From Craspedostauros australis (taxonomy: Eukaryota): DNA of 58,963 bases. Where the stretch lies: assembly GCA_030167865.1 (NCBI GenBank), contig JALAGF010001426.1, positions 1 to 58,963 of the forward strand. Direction: 5' to 3'. A program made the translations under genes and the position numbers. Below the pieces are notes generated by a model. It did no database searches. It was not told where the DNA came from and saw nothing but the letters and a program-made list of their open reading frames with translations. Position 1 is the first letter of the stretch; each line of letters opens with the position of its first letter. Shown one piece after another: positions 12,701 to 25,221 of this stretch.

Positions 12701-13746
12701 GCAATGCAACACAATGCATCGTGATGAAATGCGATGTCGCCGAACCTACCGCGATGTACGCGCGTTCCACGATACCGCCCAATCCCAGGTTCTCGTTTTT
12801 GTCTGTGTCATTGAAGAAGAACAACATACGTGGATTTTGTCCAGGGATTTGCGCATTGGGTCCACGTCTCTTCGCTAAACATTCCCTCCCATGAGCACGA
12901 CTACGAGCTGTGTGTATTGCCCACATCATACTTCCATACTCTGCACATCACGCATACCATAATCACACCCTGCGATCGCGACCCCCTGTTTGGGGGATTG
13001 GACAATCCGTGCAGGCCGACGAAGCCATCACAGCCTGTTGCGAGCCACAAAAACCTCACGCTCCCGACGCGGATGTCGACACAGAAAACAGGACACACAT
13101 CTTTGTTGCGCCCCCACGGCATCCCTCGACTCTTCTCACCGTGGCTTGTCTGCCGCACGACGAGTACACCCGTGCCATCTGGTCTCATTCCAACAAACAC
13201 AAATCTGCTGGAGTCCGACGCAGCCTTTTCGATCCAGGCAACTGCGGACGAAGGTGGAAGACCTCCAGGCGCAGTTCAAGCTTGCGCCATCAAAAGCACT
13301 TGCAGGCCATCGAAGCAGGCCGCCATCCCATCCATCCGCTCGTGTGGGCACAATTCTGCACACAAAACATCTGTCTTGCTGCAGTAGCCATCCGTGACGA
13401 CCCCCACTCAAACCGCGGCCGCGGCAAGCACGAGAGTTGGGACAGGCGCGGCAACAGCACCAGCACAACACGAGAGAGCACAGGCCTCACGCCCAAGTTG
13501 AAAGCGCCGCACAACCAAGTTACGCATTGTATGAGAGTGCTCTATCCGCTGGTACACTCAAAAAATCATTCGAAACATCTCAACCAAAACGACGAACGCT
13601 GAGCGCGCAAACCAAAGCGTGTACGTCCAAATAGAGGAGAGTACTCTGCTCTGCGTTAGAGGAAATCAACCACCATCGCACCAATCACCAACGGCGTAAC
13701 AATCGAACGAGAAGTCGCGGCAATAAGAGCAGCTATCCCGGCCACG

Positions 13747-16584
13747 ATGCTCCCAACAATGCCATCGGCAGGCGACAACGCGACCAGTGTCAGGCAAGCA
13801 CAAATTCAAACGATGCGCTCCATCGTCACCGTGATGGAGGAGGAGGAGACCTTGGCATTCCGGCATGCATGTGAACAAAACCCTGACCTTGACGACGACC
13901 CGTCGGTCTGGACCAAGTTCCTACAAGTAGAGGCATTTCAACCAGGTCTGGCAGCGCACAGGATGACGCACTACTTCAAGACTGCCTATTTCATGTTTCA
14001 CATCAACACAGGAGAGGCCGGAACTTCACCCGGCTGGCCCATCATAGTGTCAGACCTGTCGGAGAGGCAACAGGAAATCCTCTGCAGTGGTCAGATCCAG
14101 TTGCTCCCTGAGCCCGACGCTGCCGGCCGAAGGGTGGTCTTTCTTCGTGATACCATCCAACAGCAACACTTGCGGCAGCAGCAGCATCGAGAGATTGCCA
14201 ACGATATGGTGAGTTCCAACGCGTCGATCGAGATAACAGCTGCGCAGCCAAAGAGCGGTGTTGCGCTTTGTCCTTGTATCTGGAGCGTCATATTATTTTA
14301 CATGGCACGCTCCCAGCATCCCGTTGGCATGGTCGGGAACGACAGAGGCTGAGAGAGAAACACATCAGGTCACTCGAAGGATCCCTCGTATCTTACATGC
14401 AAAGACGCGAGTATTTGTGCTTGCGCATTGCTTTGTGTGGTTATGATACTGCTCAGCATCTCTACATCTCGGCATGGTGGTCAGTTTACAATCGCTGTCG
14501 GCACATTTCTCACATCGATCGCAACAAATGACCTGCCTACCCTCAATGATATCTCACGCACACACGATCGTACGCACGCCTACGCCGACACACCAGCTGC
14601 TGGCCATGGTGTACTTCATGGACAATTTGAGTCGATCGTCCGAGGTTCAACAAGTGGGAATCGTTCTTGTTCGACACTACACAGGTGTCCCTTTCAGCTC
14701 CGTCAACTTCGATCTGATACGACGATTTGAGACGTTCATGAGATTTGCTGCACCCGTGAGGCTTCATCACGAGCACGTGCTGTACACCGACCGCGCCTTT
14801 GAAACATCGTGCATCCCACATCTACAAGCCATCCATTCGGAACGGTTCAGATCATCCTCTCTGAGTTGCCACTACGATCGAATGCTAGACGGAAGTCCCC
14901 TGCTTCGGCATGGGATCAACCCATCGAACTTTCCTCTGCTACCTAATCGCCAAATCAGACTGGACTCTCATGTGCAATGGGTGCAACAGAGCGTCACGGT
15001 TGATGCAGTACTTCGATCGCAACGCCAAGAACGATTGCAGAGTGGTCACCATCGTCGCCTACCATACGAACATCAGCGCCAGCACTCAATGCCAATGCAA
15101 CCACCGCACCGCCGACTGCATCACCAACAAGACGGCCACGTCGATGGAACAAACGTGATCAAGAACACGACCCCGATGGCATCTCATTTGCCAGGACCAT
15201 CTCCACGGGTAGCGTCTGGGGTATCTGGTAGAGCTGATGTTCGGATTGAACCAAGCAGCACCCATCGAATGTTTCCTCCCCTCCATGGCCAGATCACCGA
15301 GGACCAAGACAATGCGATTCAGACATCGTCTCCTTCATCGATAGGAGCATCCAGCGCACGGCGTTCTCGCAAGCTTCAGCTGCCTCAACATTCTCTATCA
15401 TCGCCGCCAGAGTCCCTCCCCGTCGTGTTGTATCAGAAGGAAGATGAACTCACATTATCGAGGTACCAGTGCCTGCTGCGGCAGCAGATTCAAGTCTTCG
15501 AGGCCACTGACGAAGATGTCCAGTTCAACGCATCGCGAATGCATCGGACAATCCGGGTGGGACAGATCGGTTTGAGGTGCTTTCATTGCGTTGAACAATC
15601 TCCGAACAAGCCTCCAGGGGCTGTCTACTATCCAGGTGAGAGATGCGTGGCTCGATGAAAGATCCCTGCTTGCAATGTATATTCCTACGTGTGTGCCGAT
15701 CATACCCAATCATTGCGCCTGGAGGAGCGCTCTCGGGACTATGATGGTGACATTCAAGCGGGTTCGTCATGTTTTGTTTTCCCAATCACCATCTGCGATC
15801 GGGATTTGGGCATAATCACAGATCTGACCATTTGGCGAAGCGGGCAAGGGCAAGGGCAAAGGTCAGATTGTGGTGCATCTCACCTTTCATCCTGTGGAGA
15901 CCGTTGGGAGAAGCATGGTGGGAGCGCGCTCTGTCTAACCGTGGCCTCATCCTCACCGCATCGTGGCAACATCTTCTGCCCTGCTCGATGAACTATGCAC
16001 GGTCCTTGCTTGCACCTGCTCTACGCCAACCATGCAATTGCGACTGATCTGAATGGCTTTCCACAATGGATGCACTGATTCCTTCATCTTCATCTAACCC
16101 CACTTGCAACAACCAAATATGCATTTGCATGTTCATTCCGTTCCATCCCATTGCTTCACTTCAATGTACCATCGTTGAATGCCCAACGTGGGATGCTGGT
16201 ACCATACAACACTGCGCTGACTGGTCTCACGATGCTGTTCGCCAATTGCTTCAATTCACAGGGTGCCTGGACATGTTCTATCAGGCTGCACAGAACCTCG
16301 CCAAGAATCACATCTGCAAGAGCTGCAAGCAAATCCCGAAAGAGAAAAAGGAACGCCTGAAGACCCTTAGACAAGACAAGAAGAGGGCAACTTCTGGCAA
16401 GGCCTATTGGAGAGCCATGGCGATAAGGATGAGCATTTTCGAGAAGGAGGAAGCTTTGTGGTTTGGCTCACATCGTGGTACTGGTGTGGTGGGGAAAGAT
16501 TCCAGCAACACGGCCTCACCTCCAGGGAACGAAGGAGCAGGAGCGACAGCAACAGTTGCAGCTGCAGCAATGGACGAAGGATGA
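13747..16584 (+). CDS. CRAL-TRIO/Sec14-like domain fused to a C-terminal diatom-type Cys/His (putative Zn-binding) domain; 3 exons
   Basis: Exons are 13747-14208, 14597-15635 and 16262-16584, with introns GTGAGT..CAG (388 nt) and GTGAGA..CAG (626 nt). Joins read IANDM-LLAMVYF and AVYYP-G-CLDMFYQAAQNL. The N-terminal half has KFLQVEAFQPGLAAHRMTHYF, QLLPEPDAAGRRVV, EVQQVGIV and PVRLHHEH. The C-terminal half has LSRYQCLLRQQIQVFEA..GQIGLRCFHC..GAVYYP..YQAAQNLAKNHI..C..IP..GKAYW. Confidence 0.85.
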
Positions 16585-19500
16585 TGGATGAGAGATGGAG
16601 CCTGAAGCCCTGCCAGTATTTGTCTGTACATAAAAAACTGGATTCTCCGACGGGCACTCCGCGCGCACGTGCCATTACTAATACGATATACTTCAGCTCA
16701 CACTGCTCGTATCGCGGATGGGATGGACGATTGTTTCTGAACATGGTGCTCGTGCCGTGTGTGTACTATACATTATGTGCGCTTGGCAAGTATCATGTGT
16801 CTTCCTTGCAACAGTTCTCACTGGGAGGAATATGCGCACAAGTACTGACATGTACCTCGTGCGGAGAAGGTAGAATAGAAAGCGCCAAGCCAACACACGT
16901 TCCAACTGTGCATAGAACAGGGGAACAATGCGTGCGAGCAACTACCTCAAGATGGAGTAAGTGCTCCACATAAGCTAGTGCACCGAAATGTGAGAAACGG
17001 TGAAGCCTCGCAACTTGAGGAACAACAAGTGTACATTTATGGTTTCGGACGATGCCAGCGCATTGAAGAACCGCTGAGGTGCACCAAAACCAAAGCGGAC
17101 ATTTTGGTCCAATTTGTTGGACCATTGTTCTGGCAATCCCATTCTCCTTTCTGACCAGCAACGGAGAAGGCGTGGTTTTGGTTGTTGCAGCCTGAGCCAC
17201 TGGCTGGCACAAGTATAAAGGGCACATTCGCCAGGACGTGCAACGCAAGACCATCGAACTATCTCAAGGTCTCCTTGAGCAACGCATTCTTCTTTCGTTT
17301 CTCACAAGATGGGGATGCTCCCCTGTCGAAGAGGTCTGTTGGATGAATGCTGTTCCTTTCGTTTCTTTGATCCATGTGTTGGCGACACGCGCTTGTTTGC
17401 CTCTGGAGGCTCCACCAATGCGATGCCCAGAGTACATACTATTATGAGCCGTGGCACCAGTAGCTCGTATTCAAATAGACAGTCGCGGATGCGGACCGAA
17501 CCATCCAAAGATGTAGGATTCGGTGCGCGTTGTGGCCGGTGAGAAAAAGAACACAATGAGCAGAAACCACACGTCAAAACAAAGCAGTACCGATGCGCGT
17601 GTGGAGAGGATGTACTTTACAGGCACCGACACGTACCAAAGTCTTCCTCGTCTGCTTTGGTTGGCACGAGGTGAGAAACGAGAGGTGAGAGGTGGCAATG
17701 CACCGCGGGCGGAAGCCTCGAGAAAGCTCACACAGGTTGCGCGAGCAAAGCAAGGAGGTTGCAGGTAGGGTACAACCTCGTCACACATGCATCGATGTTG
17801 CCGTACGCAACGGCATTTCAATACTCTCCAGACAAGCTCGTATACATGCGAGTACACCCAAAGGTAGTCGTTGGTGAGGAACTCTTTGGGCTCTTTTTGC
17901 GGTGCAGAATGCTTTGCTCCTTGCTTCTTGCGAAGACCTTGTCCAGATGTTGGTTGAATGCTGATCTTTTGGCCATCTCTGATTCGGCAACAGGATGCGG
18001 TTCATGCACGAAAGAAGATCACGGAACCCTTCTGTCCACATGCTACATGCTAGTGGGTCGATTGCTGCACAGAGCGAAAGGCAACAGCAACAGCAACAGC
18101 CACCTCCTACTCTCGACACCAACATGTCCATCATGTCTTGCGGTACCCCGTGCGCAGTTTGCGTTCGCTCGTTGTTCAGAGGTTCCGTTGATACCATCTT
18201 CGTCAACCTCCAGTCAATACACACAATACCATACGAGCTGTTCGTACGATACCACAAGTGCATGTATGGGTATGGTTGTTCGCGACATTGTGTGCGGGGC
18301 GGGATTTGATTGATACATGGCGGAGTCTCAGTAGGTATGGTGAGTTGGTCAGTCACATCTCCTGACGATCTCTGGAGTACCTGTACGGATGGTTGTACTT
18401 GGGGGACACTCTCATGACTACCGATGATGCAATTCCGTCCAACCAACAGGGACATACCACGGGCCACGCCAGCTACCGCTTGTTGGATTTGGCAGACAAT
18501 CCTCTTTGGGTGATAGCCGAAGCGTCTCTACTCGTATCTCTGCCGTCGGCATACCTGCCATACATCAATATGATCAACACGCCGTCATCTTGGAACATGC
18601 TCGTCAAGCGTGAACAGGAGACATGGCATGTGTGTGCGTTGCGCTGTGTATCCATAGCTGGGAGTGCGTAGCTGCCTGCTGGGAAATGCAAGCACCTCGA
18701 CAAGCAGGGTTGTTATTCAATATTTGGCTTCAACTTGCCCCTCATCTCCGAGAATGACCGCCTCTTGGCCAGTAAATCTCTGTTTGCATACCTCTCTGGA
18801 GGTGTAGCTCGGCCGGGCACGTGGATGTCAGACAGGCGGGTCCATCGACTGATCGACTGATGGTTCATCTTTACCAACGGCATGCTTTCGCTGTGTGTGT
18901 ATTTCTGTTCAGCGCTATTATATCTATTCTACTTCTTAGTTGCGCGGTGCAACGATCGCGGCATTCATCATGATGTCGCCGATTCACTTCGATTTGGAGC
19001 ACGATTTAAGCATCGCAAGCAAGATCAAAGCCTCTCCTTCCCAATCGTCCAATGGCCTGCAACTGACGACACCATGGCGACGACGACTGAATTTCCCAAT
19101 GCAATCAGGTGGAGGCGAAGGCAGAAGTGAAGAAGTGGCTTCGGAGGGGTAAGTCTGCAACCCGTCCTTATCACAGAAAGCGGCGAGGTGTCGGAGTGGC
19201 TCCTGGCGCAAGCTCGGCTCTCTAATCGTAACTCGCCATCTCTCACATTTTGCCAGTACTACTAAGGCGCCTGAAGAACAGCAGCCATGAAAGTTCGCGA
19301 ACGTAGTACGACTAGGTTGAGTGCGAAATCGCATTGCACAGACATATTATATTATACTCGTATTCCACTTGCACCTCTGTTCTCCAAGACCATCGCGACG
19401 CACCTGGAGGAACGAGCGAGACTCTCTGGAGAGCGTATTTTGTATCTCCTCGTATTTCCGTACTTGCGCAATGTTCGTGTTCATCCAGTGTAACGGGATG

Positions 19501-20212
19501 GAGATGTCGAAGCACCACAAGGGTGTCCAACAATAGAATACAATATAATATAATAGATCGTACTCTACCGCCGGCACGTACCAAAACCTCGCCGTGGATA
19601 TTTCCGTGGATTCCTAGGCCTCTCGAACGACCTGCAAGTGCTTCGTAGTCTATGGTCCATTTCATCTTGTGCACTCTGATCGTGCTTCTGTCGCGCAGCA
19701 TCAACCTGCCCGGACAGCGCCATTTCCGGGTCTTCCCAAGGAGACAGGCGACCTGGCGCTTTCTCTCTGTGAGGCAGGTTGGCGCTATTGGCATATGACC
19801 CATGCGACTACTTGAATCGGTTTGACCACATTGACTTGAATGGGTGGACAAAATTAGTCTCTTTGTTCGAACGAAATGAATCTTCGATGAATGTCCGCTT
19901 GTTTTTTCGCCCATCACCAGCCACAGAAAAATGGCATTCCTCTGCACTGACGTTCCGTCAAAGAACCAACATGCAAGCGCATGAACCACCAACAACCACC
20001 AACAACAACACTGCTCGGAACTTCAGCACGAAAGAGAAGAATCCGGTCGAGGACTAAATACTCTGCTCGATCGGCACCAGCTCCACCAATACCTAGCCGT
20101 ACACAGTTGTGAGTTGTTGGCGATCAATCGAGAACAAATCTTGCCCAAGTAGTTTCATCTTCCCCTCTGTGCCCCCCATTGTCCTCTCCGCGCCATCTCG
20201 CATCGCATCAAC

Positions 20213-20758
20213 ATGAAGTCCATTTCCGCATTCGTTCTCACCATCGCCATCTCGTTCGCTTCCCTTCTGACCACAGAAGCCTGGGTTTCACCATCCGTTC
20301 AGCAAGCATCATCAGCGACCATGCTCAGCAGCCGATTTGCGCGAAGTAGCCGAACCCTGTACAACGCCGCATCCCGCCTTTCCATGTCACGCAAGGCCGG
20401 TGTCTCCGAACCCGAAGAGCTGCGTGCCTTCGTGCAGGAAGCCGGAGACAAGCTGCTCGTCGTGGACGTGCGCAACCCAGATGCCAGCGTCGAACCGGGC
20501 GATCAGAAGAGCCTGGCCGTCGCCGCCCTGCCAGGCGATGGCGTTCGCCCGCAGGCGCAGCATCTGATCTGGCAACGCGAGACCGACAGCATGCCGCTGC
20601 CGGATGTCGCCAAGGACACGCCCATCATCACCCACTGCGGTGGCGGCGGTCGCGGCCAGAAGGCCAAGGACTACCTGACGAGCAACGGATTCACGAAGGT
20701 GCTGAACGGAGGCGGTCCAAAGGAGACCGACTGCTGGGATGAGTTTGGATCCAAATAG
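20213..20758 (+). CDS. Single-domain rhodanese-like sulfurtransferase, predicted plastid-targeted
   Basis: LVVDVR motif, active-site loop THCGGGGRG, and C-terminal GFTKVLNGGG. Leader ..LTTEA-WVSP plus a Ser/Arg-rich transit peptide. Strong codon bias. Confidence 0.88.
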   Translation: MKSISAFVLTIAISFASLLTTEAWVSPSVQQASSATMLSSRFARSSRTLYNAASRLSMSRKAGVSEPEELRAFVQEAGDKLLVVDVRNPDASVEPGDQKSLAVAALPGDGVRPQAQHLIWQRETDSMPLPDVAKDTPIITHCGGGGRGQKAKDYLTSNGFTKVLNGGGPKETDCWDEFGSK

Positions 20759-21932
20759 AGGATTCGAAGAGACTCGAGCATGACACTCTCCAGTTGGGAA
20801 TGCCACATTCGTTGGTCGGCAGCATCATCTTGACCGAGATCAGATTTCAGGACACGCTACAGGCGCCCGTCATCTTAGCTTCACATTAGCGCCTTTCTTC
20901 TGGGCCAACAAGCCGCCGACGAAGTACGAATCTACCCACATATTATACAATATTCGAGTAGAGCGATAGTATTCCGTATACCAAATCTTCCTCAAACTCG
21001 AATGCTACACCCGTCGTCCTGTTGCATGTTGTCTCGGTCGCAACTTCGACAAAGAACTGAAGGTACTGGAATGGTGGACCATCTGGGTCGCCTCCAGCAT
21101 GACACGAATGTGATGCAACCTCCAGATTCGCAAGCAATCAGCCTTCTTGATCGTCTCTCTCTCTCTCACTAGTATTGCTGTGTGTATGCTGACGCAGTGA
21201 TGGACACAGCTTCCGTTTCATGCACTTGCACCACTGTCATTGCACTCTCGCGTACAAAATCAAAAAGAACTGCCACGAAAGATTCTCTCATCGATGATCA
21301 TACCTCGGCTCCCCCAGACTCTCCCGCCACCCTCGCCAACGATTCAACACGTTCGAGAATCTCTCTCTCTCTCTCTCCAGAGAGAGATCAACACAATACG
21401 AGTATGCATGCAAGGATGAAAAGAAGCAATCAATGAGAGAGGAAGAGTTACTGGCTCAGCCTGCAGTTCCGGATGTGCCTCTTGGCGCCAAAACAGGCAA
21501 TGCGTGATTTGTTGACTATCGATTCCCGTTTGACGCAAACTTCGATGGTCGCATGATGTGATCGCATGATTCGAATGGAAGCCAAACCACGAACGAAGCG
21601 AATACCAGGATGTCTTCGGACGATGACCGTTTCGATCCGTTGGATTGTTGTTCACGTTGACAGGCCATCATGCTCGTCTGGAAATGACGCGACCACGTGC
21701 TGTTGTCAGCCTCTTGGTGCTGTCACCAGCGCCTTCCCATCGTCCACATCCATTGCAGCACCACCAAGTTCAAGAACCATTGTGGTTGCCACCAAACTCC
21801 ATCCGGATACAACACCGTACAACACAGTACAACACACCACACCACAGCACAGCGCGGCATCCGAGGAGCTTTTGATACGACTGCTGCCAATCGACCAACA
21901 ATCGAACAAGAAACAGCAACGAAACGGACCCG

Positions 21933-23107
21933 ATGCCACCTCAACGCAACGCGCGCCTTCTGCTGGCCACCCTGGCCTGCATCTTTGCGTTCGTCGTCAA
22001 TGACCGCATCCCATCGTGCGCAGCGCAGGAATGCAGCGCCAAAGATCCCTCCGTGTGCGACACGCACGAACGATGCCCCGTGTGGAAGTCGGAGGGAGAA
22101 TGCCTGCGCAACCGCAAGTACATGAAGGAGTACTGCCCGGTGTCGTGCGCCGACGAACTCAAGGCCTCGTCCAGCACCGTTGAGGACTCCGACTGCCAAG
22201 ACAAGCACCCCAGCTGTCAGGAATGGGCGCAGCAAGGCGAATGCGACTCCAACGGGGATATGCACATCTTCTGCAGAAAGAGTTGCAACGTCTGCGAAAG
22301 CTCGTGTCGCGACAACCACCCAAGCTGTTCTGGTTGGCGTGCGAGTGGCGAGTGCGAGGCCAATCCGCGGGTAAGCGTCATGCGCATTGATCGTATATGT
22401 GATGGCCCTGGTGTACGAGTGTGTACCATGATATGCTCTTCTGCGCTGTCATCATCGCTGAATGTTTGATCCAGATGTTTGAATTGATCACATCGCAACG
22501 TCATTCTCTTCCCCCCTGTGCTCGATGCAATAATATGTAACAAAATATGTACTCTATCCTGTACCCTACACACCAACATCTCACGTCGTTTTCAATACCT
22601 GATCTGGATTGTGTGGGGAAATGGCGCGCTCATGCAACCATCATGATTCCATGCCCCGTGCATCACCTAACTCTTGTCACCCACTCAATCCATGCACTCA
22701 ATCTATGCACTCATTCATTCGTTCATTCATTCATCCGTTCGTTGATGGTACCAATACAGTGGATGAACGAGAATTGCGCCAAGAGTTGCGGCAAATGCGT
22801 CGTTGAGGAGAAGAAGACGGATGAGACAGCCGCAGAGACCTACGCCGAGACGGAGAAATTCGGCATGTTGCAGATTGCCGACGGTTCCACCATCGAAGAG
22901 GTGGCGAAGCAGATTCGGAAATCCATCACGTACATGAAGACGGTCGACATGGATGACACAACGCGTGCGCGATGCAAGAACGAGCACGCCCTCTGCTCGT
23001 TCTGGGCCACCGTCGGAGAATGCGACAGCAACGAGAGATGGATGCAAAAGAACTGCGGTCCGGCTTGCAGAAGTTGCCACATGGTGACGGACTGGGACGC
23101 GCTGTAG
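21933..23107 (+). CDS. Secreted protein with four ShKT (ShK toxin-like) domains; 2 exons
   Basis: Exon 1 is 21933-22370 and exon 2 is 22760-23107. The intron GTAAGC..CAG (22371-22759, 389 nt) joins GECEANPR-WMNENCAKSCGKC. Four C..W...GEC..N..M...C..SC..C units follow an N-terminal hydrophobic signal. Confidence 0.88.
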
Positions 23108-23501
23108 CGCGAGAACGATGCGGCAGTGCAATCAGTGAGCGAGGCATCGCAACACGTGAGGGTTGAAGTCTGGAAGTTCGTACTCGCACGATGGCAGCGT
23201 TGCAGAATATCGATCTGCCGTGGCTACAGCCAACATTTGCGAGGAGTCCGAAGCTCGACTTCACGCTACTCCAGAATACATACAAGTAGAATAGTTTGCA
23301 CATGTTCAGATTGATGGATTGGGGTGTGATTCAGCATCTGCGTCATTGTGAGGCGTGCATAAAGTAGAGCATGTACACATACCCGTCGAGCGCAGCCTTC
23401 AACTGTGCTGTCCAAATAGTGTGATATGTCTAACTTAGGTAGAGTACATGGTGGTAGCATACTTCGAGTCGCATGTTGAATAGCTGCACGGTGTGTCGCG
23501 C

Positions 23502-25221
23502 TTATGCCTTCAAGCTCTTGATGGCCATGTTGGCTCCGATGACGCCCATAACAATTCCGAGGACGCACGATCCCATGGCGACGTTGACACCCATCTGCTC
23601 TTCCTTCCTGCCCTGCAGCTGCACGACGGCGCGGTACATGAGGGCCGGGTAGACGTAGGTCAAGGCGTTTCCGAGCGTGGCGCCTCCGAAGGCCAGGACG
23701 AAGCTGACATCCTTGAGGATGACGGCCAATCCGGTGAGGACGGCCAGCAGACCGACGGTCATGATGTTGAGCTTGGTGGTGGTGCGTTCGGCCTTTGGAA
23801 GCTGCATGAGGTCGAGGAATCCATCGCGGCAGCCGGTGAATGCGAGCGGGTAGGAGAAGACCAGGCTGACGGCCACGGCGATGCGGGAACCGGCCATCCA
23901 GGCATCGGATGTGGCGTAGTTGTTTAGGACGAGTCCGTCGCATGCCTTTCCGAAGGTGAGGAATCCGACCATGGTGATGAAGCCCATGAGGAAGATGGAG
24001 ACACCGAAACTCCAAGACACGACGCTGTGGAAACGTGGGAGGGTGTTGTCCTTCAGCTCCAGGTAGAACTTGGGCGCGTTGAAGTGGGCCTGCGAATTAG
24101 ATCAATTTGTCGTCGATTGATTGATCGATTGATCGATTCATTGCGCGAATAATGTTTGCGTTTGGATTCCAAGTTGTGTTGGGTCGCATAATATTTGGCA
24201 TGATCAGACAAAGCAAGTATAACGAGTGGTGAGGTCAGGTGGGGTGAAATGAAATGAGATGGATCAAGACAGCACAAAAACCACACGAAGAAGATGACAG
24301 AGTGCTCTCCTCTGTGCTCTCTCTAGAGAGAGAGAAGCTTCGACGCCGACGTACCATGAATGCGGTCGAAAGCATGCAGACGAGAATGAGGGCCGATGGG
24401 GAGAGAACCGACGCCATTCCCTTCTTGCCGAACTTGGGTCGCAAATTGGCAGAGACTTGCGAGAGCAACCCCGATGCGCCAAAGTCGCCGCCCAATCCCT
24501 GACCGTAGGAACCGTCCAACCATCGCACGGTCATGGCGACGGCAGTGTACGCCATTCCGAGGACTCCGAGGAGGGAGAAGGGAGCGAGGGACTTGAGGTT
24601 CTTCATGAGGCAGAGCGGAAGCAGGAGGGCGCCCGTGATGGCGAGCAGGGTGGGCGTGCGCGAGGACTGGAAGAGGGCCGAGAACGTGTCGGCCAGCACC
24701 ATGGAGAAGGCGAGGCAGGCCAGGAAGGTCTTGCAGGTGGTGGAGATGGCCGGGATCCAGGACGACTTCTCTCCCACGGTCTTGGACCAGGCCTCGCGGT
24801 AGCTGCTGGCGCCGGTGTAGGCGCAGACCTTTCCGATGAGGGCAAAGCCGTATCCGCTGAGGATACCGATGACGGTGATGAGGGCAATGGCCGGGATGAT
24901 GGCATCCGGAGCATCACCGAAGGCGGCGACGCCTGCTGGCAAGGACAGAACGCCGACACCGACGATGCCCTTGACGAGGTTGAAGACGTGGCTCGGGATG
25001 GATGCGCCATCGGGATTGAGCTCCGCTGGCTTCACCGCAGCTGGCTTGACTGTCTCGGCGCGCTTGAAACCGCTGAAACCGACAGGCACCTTGACGGCAA
25101 GTCCGCGGCTTGGGCCGGTCACTGTGGTTGGCTTCGCAGCAGGGGCGGCGCTGCACGAGATGGCCAGCACGGCCATCAACAGCACCGACACGATCATGCG
25201 TCGCTGATGGAACTTCGACAT
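23502..25221 (-). CDS. AAAP/Aa_trans amino-acid transporter, paralog 3, signal peptide without aromatic +1 residue; 2 exons
   Basis: Exon 1 is 25221-24355 and exon 2 is 24089-23502. The intron GTACGT..CAG (24354-24090, 265 nt, phase 0) joins STAFM-AHFNAPKFYLELKDN. Motifs FNLVKGIVGVGVLSLPAG, LLPLCLMKNLKSLAPFS and FSYPL. Leader ..VLLMAVLAISCSA-APAAKP. Confidence 0.92.

Noticed and set aside
12830-13602. Overlapping 185-aa and 230-aa ORFs
   Set aside because: No recognisable domain or coding bias; probably promoter/5' region of the downstream gene.
17759-19995. ORFs of 184-228 aa in the gene-poor tract
   Set aside because: Non-ATG starts, atypical composition and no family motifs.
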